Of a stretch of 64,000 nucleotides of DNA, positions 1 to 10,177 are shown in pieces. Position numbers and translations under genes: made by a program. The stretch is from an uncultured Gemmatimonadota bacterium. GTDB lineage: Bacteria > Gemmatimonadota > Gemmatimonadetes > Palauibacterales > Palauibacteraceae. A model generated the notes under the pieces. It searched no databases. It saw only the letters and a list, made by a program, of their open reading frames with translations, and was not told where the DNA came from. Location of the stretch: contig CAZEBA010000010.1 in the NCBI GenBank assembly GCA_964510615.1, positions 15,754 through 79,753 on the forward strand, given 5' to 3'. How positions within the stretch are numbered: position 1 is the stretch's first letter; each line of letters starts with the position of its first letter.

Positions 1-171
1 CAGCTCTGGGACACGACGATGAATCCCGAAAAGCGCACGCTGCTCAGGGTCACGATCGACGAGGCGACCGAGGCCTCCCTGCTGTTCGAGAGGCTCATGG
101 GCGAGGATGTGGAGCCGCGGCGCGAGTTCATCGAGAACAACGCGCGCTTCGTGCGAAACCTCGACGTCTGA
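1..171 (+). CDS. gyrB: DNA gyrase subunit B, C-terminal fragment (5' end outside window); parE not excluded
   Basis: Frame 1 translates to ...[55 protein letters not shown], matching the conserved GyrB/ParE C-terminus; TGA at 169-171. Confidence 0.7.
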   Translation, partial: QLWDTTMNPEKRTLLRVTIDEATEASLLFERLMGEDVEPRREFIENNARFVRNLDV

Positions 172-250
172 GTCGGAAGGGCCGGGTCCGGGCCTCGCCC
201 TCACCCAGGGAGCGGAGCCCCGGAGATCGGCCCGCCTTTCCGGGAAGGAA

Positions 251-2374
251 ATGGAGACCAAGCGACCGACGGTACCTGCCGCCGAGGAGATCCTCGGCCT
301 CTATCATCCGGTGCTCGATCACGGCTTCGTGGCGCTGATCGACTACATGGGCTGCGACGACAGCATCGAGCGGGCGGCGCGGGTCAGCTACGGATATGGC
401 ACTCGAAAGCGAAGCCAGACGCGGGGACTGATCCGGTACCTTCGCCGGCACCTGCACACGACGCCGAGCGAGATGGTGGAGTTCAAGTTCCACTGCGCGA
501 TGCCGATCTTCGTGGCCCGCCAGTGGATCCGACACCGTACGGCCTGTCTGGCTGAGGGTACCGACGTCTATTTCGACCTGCCGGGCGGCATTCGACGTCG
601 TGGCAACCAGCTCTACAAGCTGAAGATCGAAGAGATTTGGCACCGGTTTCAGCCTACCCGGAATCGAACCCGACCCGACAAGCAGAAGAATCCCCACGTG
701 CGGCGTGATCGCATACGGGCCATGCGGGTGCGGCAGGTGGACGAGCAGACCCTGATGATTCGACATACCCGGATACGCGACGTGTTTCGTAACGGCCCGA
801 AACCTGTCTTTCGAATGCTGCTGGAGGACGGGAAAGGGATCGAGGCCACCGCCGATCACAGGTTCATGTTCTCGGACGGTTGGCGGACGCTGAGGGAAGC
901 CGTCGGCCTCCATGAGAGGGCGGGGAGGGCCGTCTGGCTTGCCGGTGACTACTACGTGCACGTCAACGGAACGACGGTCGAGCCGGCGATTCAGCACCGG
1001 CACAAGGAGTGGCTCGCACGGCGCTACCACGACGATGGCGTGACGATCCGCGAAATGGCCGCGGAGGCCGGAGTATCCTACCACACGATCCGGAAGTGGC
1101 TTCGGTTCCACGGGCTACAGCGGCATCACAGGTGGGATCGTGGCCACAAACCATGGAATAAAGGGAGGAAATACAGGCTCGGACCACGGGAGCTGAGCGA
1201 GTCGTGGATTGATGCCAACAGGAAAGCGCGTTCGGGCCCCGCTTCGAACTTCTGGCGAGGTGGAGTGAGTTCGGAGCGCGAGGCTATCGGCCGCTGGACG
1301 ACCCAAGTCTCTGGCAAGGTACACCGCCGGAACGGCTGGACCTGCCAACTGTGCTTTGCGCACGGTGGTGAGCTTCACTGCCACCACGTCATTCCGGTTT
1401 GGGCCGACCCGACGTTAGCTCGCGATCCGCGTAATCTCCGCACGCTCTGTGCTCGATGTCATCGGGAGATCTCGGGACGGGAGCTGGAGTACGCGGAGCG
1501 TCTCGGTGCTACGCCCGTCAAGGCTCTCTCGAGGCCCCGGGTGAGGCGGGCCTGGAACCAGCTAAGGTTCGCGAAGCTCGTGAGGATCGTCGGCTTCGAA
1601 TACGTGGGCGTGAAGGAGACTTACGACCTCGAGGTCGAAGGCCCTGATCACAACTTCATCGCGAACGGGATCGTGACCCACAACTCCGTGAACGAGTACA
1701 GCGGTCGCTACAGCCTGATGCCGCTGCTCTTCTATCGACCCGGGCAGATGCAGGTGGCAGCGCAGAGCGAGGCCAACCGCCAGGGTCGCGCGGCCGAGGG
1801 AGTGGACGACGAGATCTACCGGCTCGCTCTCGAGCGGTGGGAGGAGGCGCGGGCGGCGGCGGCCGATGCCTACGAGTGGCTGTTGGCGGAGGATGTGGCC
1901 CGCGAGCTGGCGCGCATCGATCTTCCGCTCTCCACCTACACGCAGTGGTACTGGAAGATCGACCTGCACAACCTCGTTCATTTCCTCACCCTCCGCGTCG
2001 ATCCGCACGCACAGTGGGAGATCCGGGAGTACGGCAAGGTCATGGCCGGCATGCTGAAACGGGTCGCGCCACTGAGCTACGAGGCATGGATCGACTATCA
2101 GGTGTGCGGCGGCCGCCTGAGCCATGCGGAGCTTGAGGCGCTGAGGCGCCTGCTCGAGGTCCGAGACGGCGGCCTGGCCGCGCGAGCCGATGCACCGCCG
2201 TTGGGACCGGAGGCGCTGACGGCGCTCGGGCTCTCCAAGCGCGAGATCCGGGAGCTGCTCGAGAAGCTGGACCCGGTCGAGCGACCGGACTTCGAGCTCG
2301 AGCTGAACGACTTCCGGACGGCGGAGGAATTCGAGGAGCGGCTCGCTCGCGCGGTCCCCAGCCAGTACGAGTAG
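251..2374 (+). CDS. thyX: Flavin-dependent thymidylate synthase ThyX, interrupted by an in-frame intein (extein = 251-544 + 1685-2374)
   Basis: ATG at 251 follows a GGAAGGAA RBS (the ORF is open from 107, but the ThyX-like sequence starts at METKRP). The ThyX RHR motif (QWIRHRTA) is cut after Ala and resumes ...[10 protein letters not shown], completing the RHRxxxxxxxS signature; the C-terminal region is ThyX-like. Confidence 0.85.
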   Translation: METKRPTVPAAEEILGLYHPVLDHGFVALIDYMGCDDSIERAARVSYGYGTRKRSQTRGLIRYLRRHLHTTPSEMVEFKFHCAMPIFVARQWIRHRTACLAEGTDVYFDLPGGIRRRGNQLYKLKIEEIWHRFQPTRNRTRPDKQKNPHVRRDRIRAMRVRQVDEQTLMIRHTRIRDVFRNGPKPVFRMLLEDGKGIEATADHRFMFSDGWRTLREAVGLHERAGRAVWLAGDYYVHVNGTTVEPAIQHRHKEWLARRYHDDGVTIREMAAEAGVSYHTIRKWLRFHGLQRHHRWDRGHKPWNKGRKYRLGPRELSESWIDANRKARSGPASNFWRGGVSSEREAIGRWTTQVSGKVHRRNGWTCQLCFAHGGELHCHHVIPVWADPTLARDPRNLRTLCARCHREISGRELEYAERLGATPVKALSRPRVRRAWNQLRFAKLVRIVGFEYVGVKETYDLEVEGPDHNFIANGIVTHNSVNEYSGRYSLMPLLFYRPGQMQVAAQSEANRQGRAAEGVDDEIYRLALERWEEARAAAADAYEWLLAEDVARELARIDLPLSTYTQWYWKIDLHNLVHFLTLRVDPHAQWEIREYGKVMAGMLKRVAPLSYEAWIDYQVCGGRLSHAELEALRRLLEVRDGGLAARADAPPLGPEALTALGLSKREIRELLEKLDPVERPDFELELNDFRTAEEFEERLARAVPSQYE
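545..1684 (+). mobile_element. Class-1 intein (380 aa) with embedded HNH homing-endonuclease domain, inserted in thyX
   Basis: Block [13 protein letters not shown] (Cys1), block [11 protein letters not shown] (TxxH), blocks [22 protein letters not shown], then Ser+1. HNH motif: [25 protein letters not shown]...[10 protein letters not shown]. Confidence 0.8.
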
Positions 2375-2414
2375 AAGTTGGAATCAGGCCTCCGGCGCTG
2401 CCGGAGTCCTGCGA

Positions 2415-3245
2415 TCAGCGATAGCAGCCCGGTGCAAGCTGGCGTGGCGTGAGGGAGCAGGTGTAGAGGTTCACCAGGAAAGCGACGGGCGCGGTTCTCG
2501 GCTCCGCGGCCATGCGCGGCACGTAATACCGGACGAGCCAATCGATCACGGCGCGGTCGCGTAGCTCGCGCTGCGCCGCCACTCCGCTGACTCCCATGCT
2601 AAAGCTGATCCGGGCATAGAAGCGGGTGGATTCCAGGACGCGGCGCGTGTCGGGTGAGACTACCACCCGGGAATCGACCTGCTGCGGGAGTCGCCCCGGG
2701 GGAACGAGGTCCGGCAGGAAGTACGTTACCCAGCGACCGTCGTTCTCGCGGAAGACGTGCGGGTAGAACGTGATGCGCGGTGGCTCGAACGCGTTCAGGG
2801 CGGTGATCAGGGCCATCGCCGCGCCGGAGACGAAATCATCCGCCGGCACGTCTTCCGGATGGCTGGTGACCACGAAGGTCTCGCTCTCCGGGGATTCCTG
2901 GGTCGCCTCGTACGCGACCATGAAGCGCTGGTTGGTGAAATCCAGCGAACCGAAGTATACGCGCCAGAGTCCGTCATCTCGGCGGTCGGTGATGTACAGC
3001 GTGACGCGGCTCGGCTCCGGGCTTACCCGCTCCAGCGCCTGAAGAGCCTGCCGGAGGGCGAAGTTCTGCTCCGCGATGCGCAGCCCCTCGGCCGCCGGTC
3101 GCTGCACGGTGGGAGGGGCAGCGACGTCATGGACTTCCTGGCCGACGCCGTGAGACGCCAGGAAGAAGATCCCGGCGATCGCCGGCGCCAACGCGGCGCG
3201 GCCCGGCGGACCGGCCCCGCACCTGCTCGACGACTCCGCGTTCAT
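2415..3245 (-). CDS. Hypothetical secreted protein (N-terminal signal peptide)
   Basis: 276-aa ORF; N-terminal hydrophobic stretch AALAPAIAGIFFLASHG; sits downstream of gyrA on the same strand; no recognisable motif. Confidence 0.45.
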   Translation of the reverse strand: MNAESSSRCGAGPPGRAALAPAIAGIFFLASHGVGQEVHDVAAPPTVQRPAAEGLRIAEQNFALRQALQALERVSPEPSRVTLYITDRRDDGLWRVYFGSLDFTNQRFMVAYEATQESPESETFVVTSHPEDVPADDFVSGAAMALITALNAFEPPRITFYPHVFRENDGRWVTYFLPDLVPPGRLPQQVDSRVVVSPDTRRVLESTRFYARISFSMGVSGVAAQRELRDRAVIDWLVRYYVPRMAAEPRTAPVAFLVNLYTCSLTPRQLAPGCYR

Positions 3246-3314
3246 GAAGCGCCCGACCGCTGCAAAGCTCGCGCCCAGCCCCCCTTACCTGCCAATCTCG
3301 CACAACCCGAACCC

Positions 3315-3370
3315 GGAGAAAGAATAGGCGACGACCCGTTGTCGGACAACGTTCGTCGGGCCGGTCGTCC
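3315..3370 (-). terminator. Putative intrinsic terminator downstream of gyrA
   Basis: Inverted repeat GGCGACGACCCGTTGTCGGACAACG..CGTCGGGCCGGTCGTCC immediately after the gyrA stop. Read on the minus strand it is followed by a T-rich run (TATTCTTTCTCC). Confidence 0.45.
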
Positions 3371-3374
3371 GGTG

Positions 3375-5912
3375 TCACTTCTCGGCCGTGAGCTCCAGCT
3401 GGGCTTGCCTCGGCCGGTCGGCATCGGCCGGCTCGCGCGCAGGCTCCCCGTCCCCTTCCGCCGCAGCCATCGGCGGCTGCTTCTCCTGCACCGGCGTCAC
3501 CGCGCCCGCCGCGGATGATACGGCACGAACTTTCACGCCATCCGTCCGTCCAAGGACCGGCACGCTCGCGGCACGCCTGGACCGGGCCTTGAGGCCGTCG
3601 CCATCGGTGAATACGAGCTCACCGGAGTCGAGCTCCCAGGCCAGCCGGTCCCTTCCGTGCATCTCCACCAACGACACCAGCTCACCGGCCGTGTCGATGT
3701 CCGGAAGCACGGAGACACCCTTGCCGGCGCGGGACTGGAGGCGAAGCTCGGTGACCGGCAGCCGCTTGGCGCGCCCGAGGCGGGTGGCGAGGCAGTAGCT
3801 GGCGTCTCGCCGCCCCACCGTGGCCCCTACCACCTCGTCGCCGGCCGCCAGATCGATGGCGCGCACTCCACGCGCGTTGCGTCCCATCGGCCGCACCTCC
3901 TGCTCCGCGAAACGGATCGCCTGGCCCCGGCGGCTGGCGAGGACCAGCTCTGCCGATCCGTCGGTGACCAGAACGGCGACCACCCTGTCACCCTTCGCGA
4001 GGCCGGCACCGAGGATCCCTCCGGCACGCGCGTTGGAGTAGTCCGCCAGTCGGGTGCGCTTGACCTGTCCCGCCCGCGTCACCGTCACCAGGTACCCTCT
4101 GTCCCAGTCGTCGACCAGCGTCACGGCCACCAACCGATCGCCCTCGCCCAGGTCCGCGAAGTCGGTGATCGTCCGCCCTCGCGAGCTCCGCGTATCGAGC
4201 GGGAGATCGGACACACGTAGGGCATGAGCGGACCCGCCGGCGGTCACGAGCAGGAGATGGTCGTTGCCGCGGCAGAGAAACGCCCGACGGGCGAAGTCGC
4301 CGACGCGGTCCTCCAGCGCTTCCGCACCGGACAGCCCCGCCCCCGCGCGGACCGGGAGCGCCTTCACGTAGCCCAGCCGGCTGACCAGGACGAGAACGGC
4401 ACCCGCACCGCCGCCGGAGGGGAGGGGGAACGTCCCGCCGTCGAGAATCTCCGTGCGGCGCGTATCGCCATAGAGCATGGAGAGCTCCGACAGCTCGCCG
4501 CGCAGGTGGAGCTTCCGCGCCTCTTCCACCTCGACGAGCTCGCGCAGCTCCACGATCAGCCGGGCCAGGTCCTCCAGCTCCGCGCCGAGCTTCTTGTGCT
4601 CCAGGGCCGTCAGCCTCGCGAGCCGCATGGCCAGGATGGCCTCCGCCTGCGGTTCCGTGAGCCTGAGTTCCCTCTGCAGCTTGTTGGACGCCGAGGCGGC
4701 GTTGCGAGACCCGCGGATGATCTCGACGACGCGCTCGATCTCATCCAGGGCGCTGAGCAGTCCCCGCACTACGTGGGCGCGCTCCTCGGACCTCTTCAGC
4801 TGGAAAGCAGCCCGCCGGCGAATCACGTCGAGCCGGAACTCCACGAACGCCTGTAGCGCCTCCTTCAGGTTCATCTCGCACGGACGACCGTCTCGAAGCG
4901 CCAGCATGATGACGCCGAACGTCGTCCGTAGCTGGGTCTTCTTGAACAGGGTCTCGATCACCCTGCGCGGGTCAGCATCCCGCTTGAGCTCGATCACCAA
5001 GCGGACGCCGTCCCTGTCCGACTCGTCGCGGAGGTCGCTGATCGCGTCGGAGCGTCCCTGTCGGACCATCTTCGTGATCTGCTCGATGACCCGGGTCTTG
5101 TTCACCTGGTACGGCAGCTCCGTGACGACGAGCAGGCGCTTTCCGTATCCGCCCTCCTCCACGTGCATGCGGGCCCGCATCTCCACCAACCCCCGGCCCG
5201 TCTCGTATGCCTGGCGGATTGCGGCCCGACCCCAGATGTAGCCCCCTGTCGGGAAATCGGGGCCATGCAGATGATCCACCAGGTCCTCCGTCGCACACTC
5301 CGGATGCGCCACCAGGTGGTCCGTGGCCGCCAGCAGCTCACGCAGGTTGTGGGGCGGGATCTTGGTCGCCATGCCGACGGCGATCCCGTCCGAGCCGTTG
5401 AGCAGCAGGTGCGGCAACCTGGCCGGAAGGGTGTCGGGCTCCTCCAGGCGGCCGTCGAAGTTGGGTCGCCAGTTGGCGGTGTCGAGCTGGATCTCGGCGA
5501 GAAGCTCCAGCGCGATGCGGGCGAGCCGGACCTCCGTGTACCGGTAGGCGGCCGGGCTGTCGCCGTCGATCGATCCGAAGTTCCCCTGGCCGTCCAGGAG
5601 CGGATAGCGAAGGGAGAACTCCTGAACCATGCGCACGATCGTGTCGTAGACGGCGGAGTCGCCGTGCGGGTGGTACTTGCCGAGCACGTCGCCGACGACC
5701 GTGGCGCTCTTCTTGTACGGCTTGTCGGGTCGAAGTCCCAGCTCGTGCATCGCGTAGAGGATGCGCCGATGGACCGGCTTCAACCCGTCGCGGGCGTCGG
5801 GAAGGGCGCGCTGGACGATCACGCTCATCGAGTAGTCGATGAAGGAGTCCCTCATCTCCTGCTCGATGAGACGGGGGAGGATTCGCTCCTGCTGCAGGGA
5901 CGGCTTGACCAC
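3375..5912 (-). CDS. gyrA: DNA gyrase subunit A
   Basis: 845 aa; N-terminus [28 protein letters not shown]; active-site region [11 protein letters not shown]; C-terminal beta-pinwheel repeats and acidic tail. Confidence 0.9.
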   Translation of the reverse strand: MVKPSLQQERILPRLIEQEMRDSFIDYSMSVIVQRALPDARDGLKPVHRRILYAMHELGLRPDKPYKKSATVVGDVLGKYHPHGDSAVYDTIVRMVQEFSLRYPLLDGQGNFGSIDGDSPAAYRYTEVRLARIALELLAEIQLDTANWRPNFDGRLEEPDTLPARLPHLLLNGSDGIAVGMATKIPPHNLRELLAATDHLVAHPECATEDLVDHLHGPDFPTGGYIWGRAAIRQAYETGRGLVEMRARMHVEEGGYGKRLLVVTELPYQVNKTRVIEQITKMVRQGRSDAISDLRDESDRDGVRLVIELKRDADPRRVIETLFKKTQLRTTFGVIMLALRDGRPCEMNLKEALQAFVEFRLDVIRRRAAFQLKRSEERAHVVRGLLSALDEIERVVEIIRGSRNAASASNKLQRELRLTEPQAEAILAMRLARLTALEHKKLGAELEDLARLIVELRELVEVEEARKLHLRGELSELSMLYGDTRRTEILDGGTFPLPSGGGAGAVLVLVSRLGYVKALPVRAGAGLSGAEALEDRVGDFARRAFLCRGNDHLLLVTAGGSAHALRVSDLPLDTRSSRGRTITDFADLGEGDRLVAVTLVDDWDRGYLVTVTRAGQVKRTRLADYSNARAGGILGAGLAKGDRVVAVLVTDGSAELVLASRRGQAIRFAEQEVRPMGRNARGVRAIDLAAGDEVVGATVGRRDASYCLATRLGRAKRLPVTELRLQSRAGKGVSVLPDIDTAGELVSLVEMHGRDRLAWELDSGELVFTDGDGLKARSRRAASVPVLGRTDGVKVRAVSSAAGAVTPVQEKQPPMAAAEGDGEPAREPADADRPRQAQLELTAEK

Positions 5913-6027
5913 GGTGCTCAGCTCGGCGTGGGGGTCACGGGTTCCTTTCGGTTGCTATTCGGTATAGCGGAAGATCCCGACGGGCGCAAATCTTCTACGA
6001 CCTCGACCCGTGACAAGGAGAAGGTCC

Positions 6028-7113
6028 GTGGCCGACAGCTACGATCTGCCGCTGGTGTCGTCGGTTCTGCATCCGACCGATTGCTCCGAGGCCAGCGCCA
6101 AGGCGTTCGCGCACGCCTTGGCCATCGCGCTGATTCGCAAGACGAAGCTCACGATTCTGCATGCCGGCGGCGAGAAGTCCGCCCGCTGGGAGGAGTTTCC
6201 CTCCGTGCGGGGGACGCTGGAACGGTGGGGGCTGCTGGAGGCCGGGAGCTCCCGCTCCGCCGTCTTCGATCAGCTTTCGGTGCGCGTCAAGAAGGTCGTG
6301 TCGCGCCACAAGGATCCTGTCGAAGCCTGTCTTGTCTACCTGGCCGACCACCCCGCCGATCTCATCGTCCTGGCCTCGCGCAGCCGGCAGGGCCCGGTGA
6401 GGTGGATCAAGGGATCGGTGGCCGAGGACGTTGCCCGGCACTCCGATGCGATGTCGCTCTTCGTGCCGTCCGATGGTCGAGGCTTCGTCTCCCCGGCCAG
6501 CGGCACGCTCACGCTCCAGCGCCTGCTGGTTCCGATCGCCCATGTACCGAGCGCTCAGCCCGCCATCCTGTTCGCCGCTCGCGTGGCCCGAGTCGTCGGA
6601 GGGGAGGTGAGCGTAACCCTGCTGCACGTGGGCGATCCCGAGGACGTTCCGGACGTGGAAATCCCGGACGATTCGGCCATCCGGTGGACCGTGGAGGTTC
6701 GCAGCGGCGATCCGCCGAGTCGGATCGTGGAGGAGGCGGACCGCATCTCCGCCAACCTCATCGTGATGACGACGGATGGGCGTGACGTGCTGATCGATGC
6801 CCTGCGCGGCAGCCATACGGAGCGCGTGATCCGCCGCGGCGTCTGTCCCGTGCTCGCCCTGCCTGTCAGCTGGAGCGACGAGAAGCTGGCCGGTCGAGCG
6901 ATCGACGACGTCGTGCTCGAGCAGGAGCAAAGGGACGCCAGGGCGCTGAAGCAGGCCTTCCGGGACGCCGCCCTCGACCTCCACCCGGATCGCGTCGGCG
7001 AGGTCGAGAGGGAATACCACACGGACCTCATGGCGAGGGCGAACGAGGCTCACCGGGAAGGGGACATCGCGAAGCTCGAGAAGCTTCGGAAACGGTCCCG
7101 ACGGTCGGAGTAG
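6028..7113 (+). CDS. Tandem universal stress protein (UspA-family) domains with a short C-terminal J-domain-like tail (HPD)
   Basis: Two Usp-type C-terminal signatures (LIVLASRSRQGPVRWIKGSVAEDVARHS; LIVMTTDGRDVLIDALRGSHTERVIRRGVCPVLAL). Likely GTG start at 6028 after AAGGAGAAGG. The overlapping minus-strand ORF 5995-7134 is judged a shadow ORF. Confidence 0.75.
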   Translation: MADSYDLPLVSSVLHPTDCSEASAKAFAHALAIALIRKTKLTILHAGGEKSARWEEFPSVRGTLERWGLLEAGSSRSAVFDQLSVRVKKVVSRHKDPVEACLVYLADHPADLIVLASRSRQGPVRWIKGSVAEDVARHSDAMSLFVPSDGRGFVSPASGTLTLQRLLVPIAHVPSAQPAILFAARVARVVGGEVSVTLLHVGDPEDVPDVEIPDDSAIRWTVEVRSGDPPSRIVEEADRISANLIVMTTDGRDVLIDALRGSHTERVIRRGVCPVLALPVSWSDEKLAGRAIDDVVLEQEQRDARALKQAFRDAALDLHPDRVGEVEREYHTDLMARANEAHREGDIAKLEKLRKRSRRSE

Positions 7114-7146
7114 CGGGCCTCGAGCCTCGTCCACCGGCGGAGGGCC

Positions 7147-7212
7147 CGGATCAGCTCGCGCCGGGGCCCGGGTCAGCTCGCGCCGGGGCCCGGATCAGCT
7201 CGCGCCGTGGCC
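7147..7212. repeat. Three tandem copies of a ~22-bp direct repeat (CCCGGRTCAGCTCGCGCCGKGG)
   Basis: Seen directly at 7147-7212, in the convergent gap between the usp gene and the DinB-like gene (overlaps the last codons of the latter). Confidence 0.6.
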
Positions 7213-7800
7213 CGGGTCGTCGGTGGTCGGAAACGCCGGCTCCTCCCGAACGCGGGCGGCCTGCCAGAGGTGACGACGCTCGTGCGCGGCGTTGATGGCG
7301 AAGCAGTCACCGAGGCTGAAGCGAAGGACCGGTGCGACGGGTGAACGGAGCCGGATGCCTGCCAGGTCCAGACCATCGGCCTCCGCCGCGAGCTCGATCC
7401 ATCGATCCTGGAGCGTGAAGAAACCGGTGAGGGTCGCATCCGCATCCAGATCCGCCGGCGGGAGAAGCGCGCGCGACGTCTTGATGCGGAGTCGGGGCGG
7501 CGGCTCCATGGAACGGGCGAACCACCGTCCGATCAAGCCGTGGTGGAACGGACCGGTGCCCATCCTCCCGTTCGCTCGGGCGTCCCGAATCGCTTCGGCC
7601 ATCTTCGGATGGTAGAGTTCGCTCCCCGTCACCCGCAGGTGCTCGACGCACTCGAGGATCGACCACCGATCGGGTCGAGGGCGCCAGGCGAGCTGAGCCG
7701 GCGTCAGGCCATCGAGCAGGTCGTGCGCGGCATCGCGTATCGCCGCGAACTGTTCCTGCACTCCGCGAAGCTCCGGTTCGGCCGCCCACCGCATGGGCAC
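7195..7800 (-). CDS. DinB/YfiT-like (DinB_2 superfamily) putative metal-dependent hydrolase
   Basis: 201-aa ORF with a four-helix-bundle-like His pattern (CVEHLRV...HERRHLWQA); assigned by weak family resemblance only. Confidence 0.5.
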   Translation of the reverse strand: MPMRWAAEPELRGVQEQFAAIRDAAHDLLDGLTPAQLAWRPRPDRWSILECVEHLRVTGSELYHPKMAEAIRDARANGRMGTGPFHHGLIGRWFARSMEPPPRLRIKTSRALLPPADLDADATLTGFFTLQDRWIELAAEADGLDLAGIRLRSPVAPVLRFSLGDCFAINAAHERRHLWQAARVREEPAFPTTDDPGHGAS

Positions 7801-7842
7801 CGAAGTTATGCTCCTGGTCGCTCGCGCAACACGTGGTTACCG

Positions 7843-9705
7843 GTGGTGGCCTTCGTTCTTGCCTTCGTTCCTGCCTTCGTTCCGCAGGCTGGCGCCTCGC
7901 GAGAACCCCCGAATTCGGGAGCCGCCTTCCCGGTTCCCGCGTCGCAGAGCTGCGCGGACAGCGAGGGCTTTCGACAGGGGGTGCGGTACTCGATCGAGGC
8001 CATCCTGGACGAGGATGCCGACATTCTCCGGTCCGCGGCCATCCTGGAGTACGCCAACCGCTCGCCGGACACGCTTCGCGTGCTCTACCTGCACCTCCAT
8101 CTGAACGCCTTTCGGCCGAACAGTCTGTGGGCCCGAACCGAGCGACGTCCCGCCTATGACTTCCAGGCCCTGCTGGAGCCTGATACGGGCTTCGAGCGCC
8201 TGCTCTCCGCCAGGCTGGACGGCCGCCCACTGGCGGCGCAGTATCCGTACGCCCCCGACTCGACGGTCGTCCGCCTTACGCTGCCCGCGCCGCTCCTTCC
8301 CGGAGACAGCCTCACCCTGTCGCTCGAGTGGGAAGCGAGACCGTCCACCCTCTGCCGTCGGCAGTGTCGGTCGGGCCGCCACTACGACTTCGCTCAGTGG
8401 TATCCGCGCATCGCGGTCTACGATCGTGATGGCTGGCGACCCCACCCGCTTCTTCCTCAGGGCGAGTTCTACGGCGAGTTCGCCACCTACGATGTGACCC
8501 TCGAGCTGGCGGCCGACCAGGTCGTCGGCGCGACCGGCGTGCCGCTGTCGGGTGATCCGGGGTGGCGACTGCCGGCCGGGAGCTCCGGCATGCCCGTGTA
8601 CCGTCGGGACGCCTACGGCCACGTTCCACGCGGCCGCTCGCCGGGGCTGCTGCCGTCCCGGCTTCCCGCGGGCCGCAAGCGGGTGCGCTTCTACGCCGAG
8701 GAGGTCCACCACTTTGCATGGAGCGTCGATCCGGACTACCGCTACGAGGGCGCCGTGCTCGAACGAGCCGGCTCCGATCGGTCGGGTGACGTTGCGATCC
8801 GCGTCCTCTATCGGCCGGGGGAGGAAGCGAGCTGGGGGGGTGGAGTGGTGGTGGACCGAACGATCGCCGCCCTCGGTTGGGTGGAGGAGATCTTCGGTCG
8901 CTACCCCTATCCACAACTCACCAACCTGAGTCGCCTGGAGGCAGGCGGAACCGAATTCCCGATGCTGGTGATGAACGGCTCTGCCGGCGAGGGCTTGATC
9001 TTCCATGAGGTCGCGCACCAGTTCGCCCACGGCATCCTGGCCAACAACGAGTGGCTCGAGGCGTGGCTGGACGAGGGCATGGCCGATTTCCTGACCACCT
9101 GGCACCGCGAGCGGTCGGAGGGTCCGGAGGCGTGGCGGAGCACGGTACTCGGATTGGCGCAACTCGAGCGGCTCGGGTTAGCGCAGCCGGTGAGCACGCC
9201 CGCCGAGGAGTTCGCGAGCTTCGAGCTGTACGGCGCGATGACGTACGCCAAGGCGTCGGTGATCTACCGCATGCTGAGGGAGCTGATGGGCGAGGCTCGA
9301 TTCCGCCGATTCCTCGAGGAGTACTATGGACGCTGCCGGTTCCACCACGTGAGCGAATCGGATGTGCGTCGGATCGCGGAGGAGGTGCACGGTGGCCCGC
9401 TCGGCTGGTTCTTCGACGCCTGGCTCCACGGTACCGGCGTCCTCGACTACGCGGTCGAGGACGTCAGCTTGGAGAGGCGGCTCGACGGCAGCTGGAGCAC
9501 GACCGTGGAGATCGGACGCCGCGGCGAGATCTGGATGCCGATCGTTCTCCGGGTCGATGACGTCCTGGCCGTGGCCGAATCCCCCGATCGACGTCAGCTG
9601 CTGGAGATCGTGACGCCCCACCGCCCGAGGGTGGTCGAGCTCGACCCGGAGTTCGTGCTTCTGGACGCCGACCGCGCCAACAACCGCGTCGAGCTCCCGC
9701 CGTGA
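7843..9705 (+). CDS. M1-family zinc metallopeptidase (aminopeptidase N-like), secreted
   Basis: HEXXH-X18-E motif FHEVAHQF...WLDEGMADF. Signal-peptide-like VVAFVLAFVPAFVPQAGAS. Start is uncertain (in-frame GTG at 7843/7846; the ORF is open from 7540 but overlaps the divergent DinB-like gene). Confidence 0.7.
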   Translation: MVAFVLAFVPAFVPQAGASREPPNSGAAFPVPASQSCADSEGFRQGVRYSIEAILDEDADILRSAAILEYANRSPDTLRVLYLHLHLNAFRPNSLWARTERRPAYDFQALLEPDTGFERLLSARLDGRPLAAQYPYAPDSTVVRLTLPAPLLPGDSLTLSLEWEARPSTLCRRQCRSGRHYDFAQWYPRIAVYDRDGWRPHPLLPQGEFYGEFATYDVTLELAADQVVGATGVPLSGDPGWRLPAGSSGMPVYRRDAYGHVPRGRSPGLLPSRLPAGRKRVRFYAEEVHHFAWSVDPDYRYEGAVLERAGSDRSGDVAIRVLYRPGEEASWGGGVVVDRTIAALGWVEEIFGRYPYPQLTNLSRLEAGGTEFPMLVMNGSAGEGLIFHEVAHQFAHGILANNEWLEAWLDEGMADFLTTWHRERSEGPEAWRSTVLGLAQLERLGLAQPVSTPAEEFASFELYGAMTYAKASVIYRMLRELMGEARFRRFLEEYYGRCRFHHVSESDVRRIAEEVHGGPLGWFFDAWLHGTGVLDYAVEDVSLERRLDGSWSTTVEIGRRGEIWMPIVLRVDDVLAVAESPDRRQLLEIVTPHRPRVVELDPEFVLLDADRANNRVELPP

Positions 9706-9718
9706 CGCGAACCGATTC

Positions 9719-10147
9719 CTAGCCGCAGAGCAGCTGCCGCGTCGCCTGCTGGGCGGCGCTCGGCTCGACCGGCTCGGCGATCGGGATGCCCGCCGCCCCC
9801 TTTTCTTCGGGAAGGAACAGGAGCAGAGGCCCGAGCGGGGGTGGTCCCACGGCGGTGCGGGCCCTTCCCTCCCCGTCGATCGCCACCAGCCTTCCGGCTG
9901 CCAGTCGACCGGCCAGCCAGGTCCCGTACTCGATCCAGCGAAGCAGCGGGTCGGAACCCGGGTCGTCGGGGGCGCTCACATCCGTCCGGTAGCGCTCGAC
10001 GGCCTCGTCGTAGGCGTCGGGATCGTCGGCCTTGAGGCGACGAAGGAGCTGTCGGTAGGTCGGCTGCACGTCGCGAACGGCGTGACGGTCGAGCGCCGCC
10101 TGGTACGCCTCGGCGTCGGGATCGAGGTTCTCGTCGGGCGTCATCAC
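9719..10147 (-). CDS. Hypothetical protein
   Basis: 142-aa ORF immediately downstream of rho on the same strand; no motif recognised. Confidence 0.35.
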   Translation of the reverse strand: MMTPDENLDPDAEAYQAALDRHAVRDVQPTYRQLLRRLKADDPDAYDEAVERYRTDVSAPDDPGSDPLLRWIEYGTWLAGRLAAGRLVAIDGEGRARTAVGPPPLGPLLLFLPEEKGAAGIPIAEPVEPSAAQQATRQLLCG

Positions 10148-10177
10148 GATCCGCCTGTCGTCACCCTTCGCCTGCGA

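Noticed and set aside
2375-2414. Hairpin CTCCGGCgctgCCGGAG between convergent thyX and the hypothetical gene, as a bidirectional terminator
   Set aside because: Short stem (7 bp) with no U-tract on either strand; too weak to call.
5995-7134. 379-aa minus-strand ORF overlapping the Usp gene
   Set aside because: The plus-strand frame carries two canonical Usp ATP-binding signatures and an RBS-preceded start; the minus-strand product has no motif and an Arg-rich composition.
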